Part shown: positions 9,867 through 18,680 of the stretch, piece by piece | Position numbering within the stretch: the first letter of the stretch is position 1 | Layout: each line of letters begins with the position of its first letter | Assembly: GCA_039795875.1 (NCBI GenBank) | Contig: JBDKKY010000003.1 | Coordinates: 1 to 48,264 of the forward strand | Direction of reading: 5' to 3' | DNA: 48,264 nucleotides | DNA from: Candidatus Parcubacteria bacterium | GTDB lineage: Bacteria > Patescibacteriota > Minisyncoccia > Phycocordibacterales > CAIZLB01 | Notes under the pieces: generated by a model | The model's database searches: none | Told to the model about the DNA's origin: nothing | What the model saw: only the letters and a program-made list of their open reading frames with translations | Program-made: the position numbers and the translations under genes

Positions 9867-12152
9867 ATGACATCATCAAACGAGACGACCAAAAAAGTTC
9901 TGAGAATTATCACTGTAGTATTAGTAGGAATTATTCTAATCGTACCTTGGATTATGGGAGATACTATGTACTTCCCGTTTATCGCCGGCAAGGGATTGTT
10001 TATTAGAGCCATGGTTCAGATCACTCTTGGTTTGTACATAGTCCTTGCAGCCATAGATCCTTCGTCTCGACCTAGAAAGTCTCCTCTGTTATATGCATTG
10101 ATTGCTTTTTTGATTATCGCCGGTATTTCTGTTTTGACGAGTGTAAATCCAATCCGAAGTTTCTTTAGTAACTATGAACGAATGGAGGGGTATATCTTGG
10201 TTTTACATCTCGGAGCTTTGTTTGTGATCGCCTCATCTGTTATTAGAAAAAAAGAATGGGCTTGGATTGCTGGGTTTAGTCTGTTGGTCTCTTTGATTGT
10301 TGGAGCCAATGCACTTGGAGATGTAGGTAAAGCAACTGCAGCCGCAGCAGCTCGAGGAGTAACTGGGGCAGAACTGGAGACTGTTAAGGCCGGTGTACGT
10401 ATCTCAGGAAAATTGGGCAACTCTTCGTATCTCGGAGTGTATGCTCTCATCCATATCTTTTTAGCCGCTCTCGGCACCCTGATGGTTTTTCGTGGCAACC
10501 GAGAGGCAGATGTATTGACTGCACAAGTACAACAAAAAGAAACACCTAAAAAACAATCACTCACAGGAGTTAGTTGGTTTATGATAATAGTTGGAGTGTT
10601 GTTGGCGGTCTTCAATCTATATATTCTATTTAAAACAGGAACTCGAGGATCGTTCTTAGGGTTAGTCATAGGCTTCTTGGTCTTGACAGGCTACTTGACC
10701 TTTAAGGAGAAACACAAAGTCTTGAAATATTGTTCTATGGGTATCTTTACAGCAATCATCGCTTGTGTGCTGCTTCTTGGTATTTTCAAAAATTCGACTT
10801 TCGTTCAATCTTCACCGCAACTGAGTCGTTATTCAGCCTTGATTAGTCTTGATGTTAAAAATGTTGTAAAGAAATTGGGAGAAGACCGAACAATGATCTG
10901 GGGCATGTCACTTGAGGGTGTCAAAGAAAGACCTTTCTTCGGTTGGGGACAAGACAACTATGGATACGTCTTTGCAAAATACTATGATCCTGGAATGTAT
11001 GCTCGAGAGCACTGGTTTGATCGTTCACACAATGTGTTCATTGACTGGATGATTGCTGCCGGAGTACTTGGATTCCTCGGCTACCTGTCTTTCTTTGTTA
11101 TTGCTGCTTGGCTACTATTTTCAAAACGAACTCGGCTGACTGTTATCGAACGTGCCTCTCTACTAGGTTTATTGGCTGCTTACTTTATACACAACTTGTT
11201 TGTGTTCGATAACTTAACTAGCTATGTTTTATTCTTTCTATTGCTGTCGTATATACACGATCGATATACCCATGATCGTGTACCGGCACCTCTGATCAAA
11301 GGCAAAGATTACGGAACTATTATTCTCGGAACTTCATTCGCTGTGATCTTAGTCTTGGCGTATACACTCTATACAACTGTATACATTCCATACAATCAGA
11401 ATGTGAATCTAGTGACAGCGATGGGTGCTGCTAGCCAGCAAACACAAGTGACACCAGAGATGTTGTCTCGCGTTAAAAAAGTACCGATGGATTACGCGTA
11501 CGATTACTTTAAAAAGATATATGATGCCGGTACACCAACCAGTGAGGCTTTTGAACAACTCTCTGGTATCGCTGCAACCGCTATCACTTCGCCTACAGTC
11601 CCTAATGCAAGTAAGTTGGCTTTCTATAAACTCTACAATGATCAGATTGCGTATGTAGAAGCAGAAGCAAAGGGAGATCCACGATATCCATTCTTCATTG
11701 CCAACTTTTTCAAACAGATAGGGGATAAAGAGCAAGAATTGGTATACACACAGAAAGCCTACGACCTATCTCCTAACAAACAGTCATTTGGCTATGCCCT
11801 AGCTTTAGCACAATTGCAAAATGGCAACATAGCGGAATCAGTGAAAATCACAAAGCACGAATATGAAGTAAACCAGAATAATGCAGAAGCGCTCCGGTAC
11901 TATACATATATGGCATTGGAAGAGGCCCATGCCAAACCGGCCAACACGTTAGACCTTCTAAAGCTTGGAGCCCTGGCTCAAGTACTGGCTGATGGATATA
12001 TAAAACACGGCCATACTCTGGCTTTCGATCCACAGATCTGGACTGTCTTCGTCGAGGTTAAGAATGGAGTAGTGGCCAAGAAAGCTTTCGCTAAAAGATT
12101 GGGGGAGCTGGTGCCGGAGAAGAAAGCTGTCTTTGTTAATCTAGCCAAGTAA
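9867..12152 (+). CDS. O-antigen ligase family membrane protein with C-terminal TPR-like region
   Basis: Multiple TM helices; GKLGNSSY, TGTRGS, RPFFGWG, DRSHN (catalytic His); helical repeat tail. Confidence 0.85.
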   Translation: MTSSNETTKKVLRIITVVLVGIILIVPWIMGDTMYFPFIAGKGLFIRAMVQITLGLYIVLAAIDPSSRPRKSPLLYALIAFLIIAGISVLTSVNPIRSFFSNYERMEGYILVLHLGALFVIASSVIRKKEWAWIAGFSLLVSLIVGANALGDVGKATAAAAARGVTGAELETVKAGVRISGKLGNSSYLGVYALIHIFLAALGTLMVFRGNREADVLTAQVQQKETPKKQSLTGVSWFMIIVGVLLAVFNLYILFKTGTRGSFLGLVIGFLVLTGYLTFKEKHKVLKYCSMGIFTAIIACVLLLGIFKNSTFVQSSPQLSRYSALISLDVKNVVKKLGEDRTMIWGMSLEGVKERPFFGWGQDNYGYVFAKYYDPGMYAREHWFDRSHNVFIDWMIAAGVLGFLGYLSFFVIAAWLLFSKRTRLTVIERASLLGLLAAYFIHNLFVFDNLTSYVLFFLLLSYIHDRYTHDRVPAPLIKGKDYGTIILGTSFAVILVLAYTLYTTVYIPYNQNVNLVTAMGAASQQTQVTPEMLSRVKKVPMDYAYDYFKKIYDAGTPTSEAFEQLSGIAATAITSPTVPNASKLAFYKLYNDQIAYVEAEAKGDPRYPFFIANFFKQIGDKEQELVYTQKAYDLSPNKQSFGYALALAQLQNGNIAESVKITKHEYEVNQNNAEALRYYTYMALEEAHAKPANTLDLLKLGALAQVLADGYIKHGHTLAFDPQIWTVFVEVKNGVVAKKAFAKRLGELVPEKKAVFVNLAK

Positions 12153-12175
12153 GATGAAGTTACGATGTAAAAAGG

Positions 12176-12203
12176 TTGACATTTTGTAAAAAATACGCAC
12201 AAT
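12176..12203 (+). promoter_or_regulatory. sigma70-like promoter of orphan 12288
   Basis: TTGACA-16 nt-CACAAT, followed by a structured leader. Confidence 0.55.
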
Positions 12204-12287
12204 AATAAGGGCACAGAAACCCTTTAGGATTTCGTGCTCGGGACCGATGTCTCGAGTGCGATTTTCCTTTTCAGCAAAGAAAGAACT

Positions 12288-13331
12288 ATGAAAATACTCA
12301 GATTCATCGCAACAGCTATTCTGCTGCTTGCCGGATGCCCCAATACGCGGGCGGAGAAAGTCGAGATGGTGCTTGCGCCATCTGATACCGATACCTATCT
12401 AACTCTCATCGAAGATGCTACGGGTAACGACAAAAAAGTGAAATGTCCGACGGCCGTCCACAAGGACAGTCTAAAGGTCCTCGCTCGTCGTACCGTTGCG
12501 GTCGTACTGGACGTACGCAAGTATACGGTGTGGGTTGAGGATTTCTATTTCGTTGGCAGCCTGGAGGAAATGCATGTTGCCATCGCGGCACGTGACAATC
12601 CTGCACGGCCGATCCCTCTCACAGGAGAAGAACTGCAGGTGGTGGGTTCCGACCCAGCACTTCCTCGCTCTGCTCCCGTGATAGAGACGGATCCGCTGCC
12701 AAAGCCGTTGAAAACTGTGCCTCCTAATCCGCACACCGCCGGCACGGTAAAAATCAAACCTCCGGATGTTGTCGTTGTGTCTCCTTCTGAAATTTGGCCA
12801 GTTCCTCCTAGGGACATGACCAAAGAACAGATAGACGCGTTGCCAAGAGAGAGGAAGGTCACCGCTCCGGACGGAAAAACTATCCCATTCGATCTGATGG
12901 TGGTGCAGGCAGCGAATATCGCTGCCGAGCAGAAGATCTACCGGCTGGAGGAAGCACAATCAGTACTCAGTAAAGAGAATGCTGGTTTTGCCACTCGCAT
13001 CAGCGATTTGCAAAACGATCTCGAAGCAGCGAACAAAACACATGAAGAGTTTAAGCAGCAGCAGGAGACAGAGAAGTTGAATCTAACTGCCGAACTAGCC
13101 ACTGCGAGACGTATTCATACTGAGGAGATCACACAACTCAATCGTGAGAAGGAGGGACTGAAAAATAAGAATGGCCTGTATCTCGTTGGTGGTGGTGTTG
13201 TTGCTTTGGTTGCTCTATTGGCTGCGGTACTAGCTTCCCGAGGTTATCACCGAGAGATTGTCCGTCTGCGGTCACTGCCTTCGGGCGGAGCTGTACGCTC
13301 GCGTGGCAACTTGCCTCCTCCTCGTCCCTAA
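12288..13331 (+). CDS. Hypothetical exported/membrane-anchored protein (signal or lipobox LAGC, Pro-rich linker, coiled coil, C-terminal TM)
   Basis: ORF track and composition. Visibly GC-richer than flanking genes. Confidence 0.75.
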   Translation: MKILRFIATAILLLAGCPNTRAEKVEMVLAPSDTDTYLTLIEDATGNDKKVKCPTAVHKDSLKVLARRTVAVVLDVRKYTVWVEDFYFVGSLEEMHVAIAARDNPARPIPLTGEELQVVGSDPALPRSAPVIETDPLPKPLKTVPPNPHTAGTVKIKPPDVVVVSPSEIWPVPPRDMTKEQIDALPRERKVTAPDGKTIPFDLMVVQAANIAAEQKIYRLEEAQSVLSKENAGFATRISDLQNDLEAANKTHEEFKQQQETEKLNLTAELATARRIHTEEITQLNREKEGLKNKNGLYLVGGGVVALVALLAAVLASRGYHREIVRLRSLPSGGAVRSRGNLPPPRP

Positions 13332-13415
13332 CCCTCTCCGGATGGCAAAGAACCAGTGCGGCCAATACCTGTTGTCAGTGTCACCTCCAAACAATCCTGA
13401 CAACCCTCACAATCT

Positions 13416-13494
13416 TTCACGCCTCTGTATTTCCTCTTGGTGAAGAGATGTTACAGAGCCTCCGTTGCCTTACGAGGCTAACGTGATGCGTGAA
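13416..13494 (+). ncRNA. Candidate structured RNA (three-way junction), function unknown
   Basis: Nested complementarity: TTCACGC/GCGTGAA, CTCTGTA/TACAGAG, CTCTT/AAGAG, CGTTGCCT-TACG-AGGC(T)AACG. Confidence 0.4.
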
Positions 13495-13530
13495 TGCTGA
13501 ATCAAACAGTATATAAAATAAAAATCACAA

Positions 13531-13570
13531 TACGTAAGTAGTCACCGCTACTTACGTGTTTTTTATTTTT
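13531..13570 (+). terminator. Intrinsic terminator (A-tract upstream, probably bidirectional)
   Basis: ACGTAAGTAG-tcaccg-CTACTTACGT followed by T-rich tract. Confidence 0.8.
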
Positions 13571-13630
13571 CATTTCGTCTTCATTTAAAAATTTTTTCAT
13601 CATCAATGAAATAAAAAATGTGAAAAATAT

Positions 13631-13639
13631 TTATCCACA
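13631..13639 (+). promoter_or_regulatory. DnaA box
   Basis: Perfect TTATCCACA 20 nt upstream of a -35 element. Confidence 0.55.
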
Positions 13640-13659
13640 TAAAATTTGTTGAAAAATGT

Positions 13660-13688
13660 TTGCATCAAAACTTTTTTTGCGTGATAAT
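13660..13688 (+). promoter_or_regulatory. sigma70-like promoter of the small basic peptide gene
   Basis: TTGCAT-17 nt-GATAAT preceded by A/T-rich UP-like DNA. Confidence 0.6.
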
Positions 13689-13812
13689 TAAGTTACGTGT
13701 TAATGAGGTGTTTGTCGAACATCAACATGACACGGTTGATTACTTTCTTTTCATGAATTTTTTTCAGAAAAAAGAAAGAGCTCTTTCTAAAAATAATTTT
13801 TAAAACAAAACA

Positions 13813-13893
13813 ATGGCAGCAAAGAAAAAGGCTAAAAAAGTTGCAAAAAAGGCAGCTAAAAAAGCTAAGAAAAAAACTTCTAAGAGACGATAA
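13813..13893 (+). CDS. 26-aa Lys/Ala-rich histone-H1-like peptide MAAKKKAKKVAKKAAKKAKKKTSKRR
   Basis: Below ORF-track cutoff. A-rich start context (AAAACAAAACAATG), own promoter and terminator. Confidence 0.75.
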   Translation: MAAKKKAKKVAKKAAKKAKKKTSKRR

Positions 13894-13916
13894 TCTCTTC
13901 AGGAGCCCACTTAAGC

Positions 13917-13950
13917 AAAACACGTTAATCCGCAAGGACTAACGTGTTTT
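13917..13950 (+). terminator. Intrinsic terminator after the small peptide gene
   Basis: AAAACACGTTAaTCC-GCAA-GGAcTAACGTGTTTT hairpin with GNRA loop. Confidence 0.8.
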
Positions 13951-13975
13951 GTGTTTATATGCTATATATACAGAT

Positions 13976-16309
13976 ATGTCATTTTTCAATATGTTCGGTT
14001 CGCCGATAAAGAAATACCAGAAAAAAGTCAATGAAATCAATGCTCTAGAGGCCGAACTGGCCGCCTTGTCAGATGCTGAGCTAAAAGAAAAGTCTTTAAA
14101 ATTGAAGGCTGAAGTTGCTGCGGCTATGAAGGGAATAGAGAAGGATAAAAATGCTATCAATACTGTCTTGACGCCCCATTTGGCAATGGCTTTTGCTTTG
14201 ACTCGAGAGTCAGCAAAACGGACATTAAACCAACGACACTATGATGTGCAACTTATCGGTGGAATGGTTTTGAATGATGGAAATGTGGCAGAAATGAAAA
14301 CTGGAGAAGGAAAAACGCAGATGGCAACTCTGCCTACATACTTAAATGCGCTCACCGGACTTGGTGTGCACGTGGTAACGGTAAACGATTATCTGTCACG
14401 ACGTGATGCTGCTTGGATGGGTCAAGTGTATTTTGCTCTCGGATTGTCGACTTCTGTGATTACCCAAGAGCAGGCCTATATGTACGACCCTACTCATGTG
14501 ACAAGTGAAGTAGATAAGAAAGAAGATGAACTGGGTAGCTTCAAAGTCGGATATGAATTCCTAAAACCTTGCACAAAACAAGAAGCATATGCGGCTGACA
14601 TTACCTATGGAACAAACTCAGCCTTCGGCTTCGACTACTTGTTCGATAATATCAGCATGTATATCCGAGATGTTCGACAGCGAGCACCGTATTTTGCCAT
14701 TATTGACGAAGCAGACTCTATTCTTATCGACGAATCTCGGACGCCGTTGATCATATCTCAGCCGGCTCAAGAATCAGATGAGATGTATAAGCAATTCTCT
14801 AAAATCGTCCGTGGTATGAAGCGAGATGAACACTATACTCTCGATGAAAAGTTCCGTTCTATCATTATTACTGACGAGGGTATTACGTATGCCGAGAAGA
14901 TGTTAGGGGTTAAAGATTTGTATAATACGCAAAATATCCAGCTTGTGCACCACTTAGAAACTGCGGTCAAGGCGCAGGCTATGTATCAAAAAGATGTTGA
15001 TTATCTAGTTAAAGACAATGAAGTAATCATTGTGGATGTTTCTACTGGTCGTTTGCAACCAGGACGGCGATGGTCAGAAGGAATTCACCAAGCCATCGAG
15101 GCCAAAGAAGGTGTAAAGATTCAGCGTGAGAGTAAAACGGCAGCTTCTATTACATATCAAAACTTCTTTAGACTCTATACTAAGCTGGCGGGCATGACAG
15201 GGACCGGTATGACGTCGCGCGAAGAGTTTAACAAAGTGTATGGACTCGATGTACTAGAGATTCCCACTCATAAACCCATCGCCCGAAAAGATTTACATGA
15301 TCTTATTTTCCTTACAGAGTTGGGGAAATTCAAAGCTATCGCCAAGAAGATCAAAGAGTTGAGTCAAAAAGGTCAGCCTGTACTTGTTGGTACTGTGTCT
15401 ATTGAAAAAAACCAATTGTTATCTGAGTATCTCAAGGTTGCTGGAGTACAACATACTATATTGAACGCTAAACCAGAGTTCGCAGAGCGAGAAGGAGAGA
15501 CAGTCGCTCAAGCTGGTAAAAAAGGTGCAGTTACTATCGCTACCAACATGGCCGGACGAGGGGTGGATATTAAACTCGGTGGTATCCCAAGTACTCAAGA
15601 GCAAGCTGATGAGATCAGAGCTCTAGGTGGTTTATATGTTATCGGTACAGAACGACACGACGCGCGACGTATAGACAATCAGCTGCGAGGTCGTTCCGGT
15701 CGACAAGGCGATCCAGGTGAAACACAGTTCTATGTTTCTCTAGAAGATAATATGATGCGGATTTTTGCTAATAATACTATGCTCAAGAACTTCATGAGCA
15801 AGATGAAATTGGCCGATGACGAGGCTATCCAACATTCTCTCGTATCGCGAGCCCTTGAATCAGCCCAAAAGAAGATCGAAGGATTTCATTTTGATAGTCG
15901 AAAACAAGTATTAGAATACGATAATGTATTGAATCAACAACGACAAAGTATCTATCAGCGTCGTCGAGCTATGCTTATGGCTGAAGGGGATGTGCTGAAA
16001 GGTATTGTAGACCCCAAGACTACTTCACCAGAGGCTCAAACTCTGAAGGCTAAGCTAGGTGATGAGGCCTTCTATAAGACAGCACAAAGCCTGTGGTTGC
16101 AAATCAATGACTATTTCTGGATGAATCACTTGGATCATATGGACCACCTACGTATGAGCGTAGGATTACGAGGTGTTGGACAACGAGACCCATTGGTAGA
16201 GTATAAGAGAGAAGGACTCGGGATGTTTAAAGACTTGGAAGCCAAAGTAGAGGAAGAGTTTGTTCGTGCAATAAATCATCTGCAGGTTAAGGAGCCTACC
16301 GTTGCCTAA
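13976..16309 (+). CDS. secA: Preprotein translocase ATPase SecA (compact, 777 aa)
   Basis: MKTGEGKT, HVVTVNDYL, IIDEADSILIDE, TNMAGRGVDI, QLRGRSGRQGDPG. Confidence 0.97.
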   Translation: MSFFNMFGSPIKKYQKKVNEINALEAELAALSDAELKEKSLKLKAEVAAAMKGIEKDKNAINTVLTPHLAMAFALTRESAKRTLNQRHYDVQLIGGMVLNDGNVAEMKTGEGKTQMATLPTYLNALTGLGVHVVTVNDYLSRRDAAWMGQVYFALGLSTSVITQEQAYMYDPTHVTSEVDKKEDELGSFKVGYEFLKPCTKQEAYAADITYGTNSAFGFDYLFDNISMYIRDVRQRAPYFAIIDEADSILIDESRTPLIISQPAQESDEMYKQFSKIVRGMKRDEHYTLDEKFRSIIITDEGITYAEKMLGVKDLYNTQNIQLVHHLETAVKAQAMYQKDVDYLVKDNEVIIVDVSTGRLQPGRRWSEGIHQAIEAKEGVKIQRESKTAASITYQNFFRLYTKLAGMTGTGMTSREEFNKVYGLDVLEIPTHKPIARKDLHDLIFLTELGKFKAIAKKIKELSQKGQPVLVGTVSIEKNQLLSEYLKVAGVQHTILNAKPEFAEREGETVAQAGKKGAVTIATNMAGRGVDIKLGGIPSTQEQADEIRALGGLYVIGTERHDARRIDNQLRGRSGRQGDPGETQFYVSLEDNMMRIFANNTMLKNFMSKMKLADDEAIQHSLVSRALESAQKKIEGFHFDSRKQVLEYDNVLNQQRQSIYQRRRAMLMAEGDVLKGIVDPKTTSPEAQTLKAKLGDEAFYKTAQSLWLQINDYFWMNHLDHMDHLRMSVGLRGVGQRDPLVEYKREGLGMFKDLEAKVEEEFVRAINHLQVKEPTVA

Positions 16310-16347
16310 CTCTGGCGCTCTTGCGCCGTGAGAGTTATACTAGAGTC

Positions 16348-17388
16348 ATGCAAAATGTATCCAGAGCGAGAAATATATTTTTTATTGTCCTGTTGATAAT
16401 ATTTGGTGTGTTGTCTTTTAGCGTGTTGTCAAAATTTCTTATTGTTCTAGCACTGGCTTATATATGTGCCTTGCTCGTCTTACCTTTACAGAAGAGGCTT
16501 CAGGGCTGGCTTGAGAGGAGAAAGGGTTTCAAGAGGGCGGCACCAGCACTTGCTTCCACTATTACCCTGATATTGCTGGTAGTGTTAATTATCACCCCGT
16601 TCAGTCTCATGCTTGGGAAGATTTTCACTGATGCCCAAGGTTTTTACGTTAAAGTGACAGAAGGTGGTACAGGCGCTCTCTCAGCTCGTATTGAAAATGC
16701 GGTTCAACCATATTTTCCAAATGTTGATATTAAGATTAATGAAATAGCACAAGGAATATCCGGTTTCGTAGTCAGCAATATTGGATCTTTTTTCTCCAGC
16801 ACTTTTGATATTGTTTTGAAATTATTCTTATTCTTGATCGCCTTGTTCTACTTCTTGAAAGACAGAACTCATTTTGCTACTTTGTACGCACGTATAACGC
16901 CCCTTAGTGATAAAGACAATGATCGAATCTTTACTTCTATCCGAACAGCTGCCCGTTCTATCATGATTGGATCATTGGTTGTAGCCTTATGTCAGGGAAT
17001 CGTGACGGGTATTGGTTTTGCCATATTCGGAGTACCTAACCCATTTTTCTGGGGAGCAGTTGCAGGCATGTTTGCTCTAGTACCGGCTGTAGGGCCAGCG
17101 CTGATCTGGATTCCGGCGGTTATTTATCTATATGTGACGGGGGATCCTGGTAGTATTGCTTGGATTGGTCAATTGATTTGGGGAGTTGTTGCTGTAGGGT
17201 TGATTGATAATATCTTGGGACCACTGGTGATCAACAAAGGCATATCGATTCATCCTCTGTTTATTTTGCTTTCAGTGATCGGAGGTATCGCAATGTTTGG
17301 TCCAGAAGGATTTTTGTTTGGACCTCTGGTTTTGAGTATTTTTGTGGCGATTATTGAGGCTTGGAAAGTGCGGGAGAGTGGGGTATAG
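16348..17388 (+). CDS. AI-2E (PerM) family transporter
   Basis: Polytopic membrane protein; GVPNP, IDNILGP, IHPLFILLSVIGG, FGPEGFLFGP. Confidence 0.88.
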   Translation: MQNVSRARNIFFIVLLIIFGVLSFSVLSKFLIVLALAYICALLVLPLQKRLQGWLERRKGFKRAAPALASTITLILLVVLIITPFSLMLGKIFTDAQGFYVKVTEGGTGALSARIENAVQPYFPNVDIKINEIAQGISGFVVSNIGSFFSSTFDIVLKLFLFLIALFYFLKDRTHFATLYARITPLSDKDNDRIFTSIRTAARSIMIGSLVVALCQGIVTGIGFAIFGVPNPFFWGAVAGMFALVPAVGPALIWIPAVIYLYVTGDPGSIAWIGQLIWGVVAVGLIDNILGPLVINKGISIHPLFILLSVIGGIAMFGPEGFLFGPLVLSIFVAIIEAWKVRESGV

Positions 17389-17409
17389 TTTTGTGGTATA
17401 CTCGGGTGT

Positions 17410-18438
17410 ATGAAAAAGATTCCCTATCTCAGCCCAGTTATCGCCAAAGCCGTCGATCGTATCGTCAAGAAAGGCAAAGTAAACCTAGTAACCCATAGTA
17501 GTAATTTTCATGCTGATGATATTTGTGCGACAGCGACTTTAAAACAATTTTTTGCCTTAGCCTTTCCAAAAATAAAAATAACTTCTACTCGGAGTATTGA
17601 CCCAAAAGTGATGGCTGCTGCTGATATCTTATATGATAATGGAGCGGTGTATGATCCTAAAACACTTCGTTTTGACCATCATCAAACGGGCGGGGCGGGT
17701 ATGAGAGAAAATGGCGTAAAATATTCGTCTTTTGGCTTGGTTTGGAAATACTTTGGAGTTAGTTTATGTGCCTTACACACACAGGCCACAACAGGGAAGC
17801 TGCCCTCTAAGAAGATCGCAGAACACCAAGCGGCAATCATCGAGAAAAAAGTGGTATTCCATATAGATGCTATGGATAATGGACAGATGACATATGAGCC
17901 GCTGATTGATGGTTGTGACGTACTTACACTGGATAAGTTTTTTGAAATGAGTAAGATCCGTGTCGGGGGTACACAAGAGAACATTAAGCAGGTAAATAAG
18001 AATTTTGATTCCCAATTTCAGAAAATGGTAAAGCTATTTGGACAAATGCTTTTGACCATCTTGAGTTATGCTGTTACCAAAGAAGTGGACGAGACTCTGG
18101 GCGAAAAGATGTATGCCAAAGCTAAAGATAAAAGAGTAATTATCTGTGATAGATTTGTCTATTTTAATTATTCAAAATATCCAGAGCCTCTGCTGGTGGT
18201 GTACCCGGATCCCCGAGGTGGATGGGCGGCAAAAAATGTGCGATTGGATGAAGCTTTGTATAAGGGACGTTTTTATTTTCCGGAAAGCTGGAGGGGAAAA
18301 ACTAATGGAGAGTTGATTCAGATCACCGGAATTCCAGGAGCACGATTTTGTCACAATGCTGGATTTATGATCGCGGCTGATACCAAAGAACAAGTGCTGA
18401 AGATGATCGATTTGGCTTTCAAAACAGAACGTATCTAG
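17410..18438 (+). CDS. MYG1 family protein (putative exonuclease)
   Basis: THSSNFHADD, FDHHQ, SSFGLVW, IDAMDNG, FPESWRG, FCHNAGF motifs. Confidence 0.9.
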   Translation: MKKIPYLSPVIAKAVDRIVKKGKVNLVTHSSNFHADDICATATLKQFFALAFPKIKITSTRSIDPKVMAAADILYDNGAVYDPKTLRFDHHQTGGAGMRENGVKYSSFGLVWKYFGVSLCALHTQATTGKLPSKKIAEHQAAIIEKKVVFHIDAMDNGQMTYEPLIDGCDVLTLDKFFEMSKIRVGGTQENIKQVNKNFDSQFQKMVKLFGQMLLTILSYAVTKEVDETLGEKMYAKAKDKRVIICDRFVYFNYSKYPEPLLVVYPDPRGGWAAKNVRLDEALYKGRFYFPESWRGKTNGELIQITGIPGARFCHNAGFMIAADTKEQVLKMIDLAFKTERI

Positions 18439-18680
18439 TATGCCATGTATGTCTTATCTGTTCGGAGACCAACATATAAAATCTGATTCACACCATCCCT
18501 TCTTTCAAAGATGATACGGACCCTTTTCTTTCTGACGCGATAAATGTGCTGCTGACCTTTAATTTTTTGAATATTCAGCCCCGTAAGCCTATTGGTTACT
18601 ATTAAGACCATTAACTCATGAGTAATCAAAGTGTTTGGGGGTGATAATTTATCGATGTTTTTCTGAATTTGATTGACCAT
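18435..18680 (-). CDS. RelE/ParE-superfamily toxin
   Basis: 81 aa, basic, IQKIKG...YRVRKKRVRIIF. Overlaps the upstream antitoxin ORF. Confidence 0.7.
   Translation of the reverse strand: MVNQIQKNIDKLSPPNTLITHELMVLIVTNRLTGLNIQKIKGQQHIYRVRKKRVRIIFERRDGVNQILYVGLRTDKTYMAY

Noticed and set aside
13416-13494. c-di-GMP-I riboswitch or hammerhead ribozyme
   Set aside because: AGCCTCCG is reminiscent, but the GNRA/receptor and GCAAA core are missing. There is no CUGAnGA/GAAA core, and the element is 3' of a gene.
13560-13810. Replication origin (AT-rich with DnaA box)
   Set aside because: Only one clear box and no dnaA/dnaN nearby. The region is explained as promoter and leader of the peptide gene.
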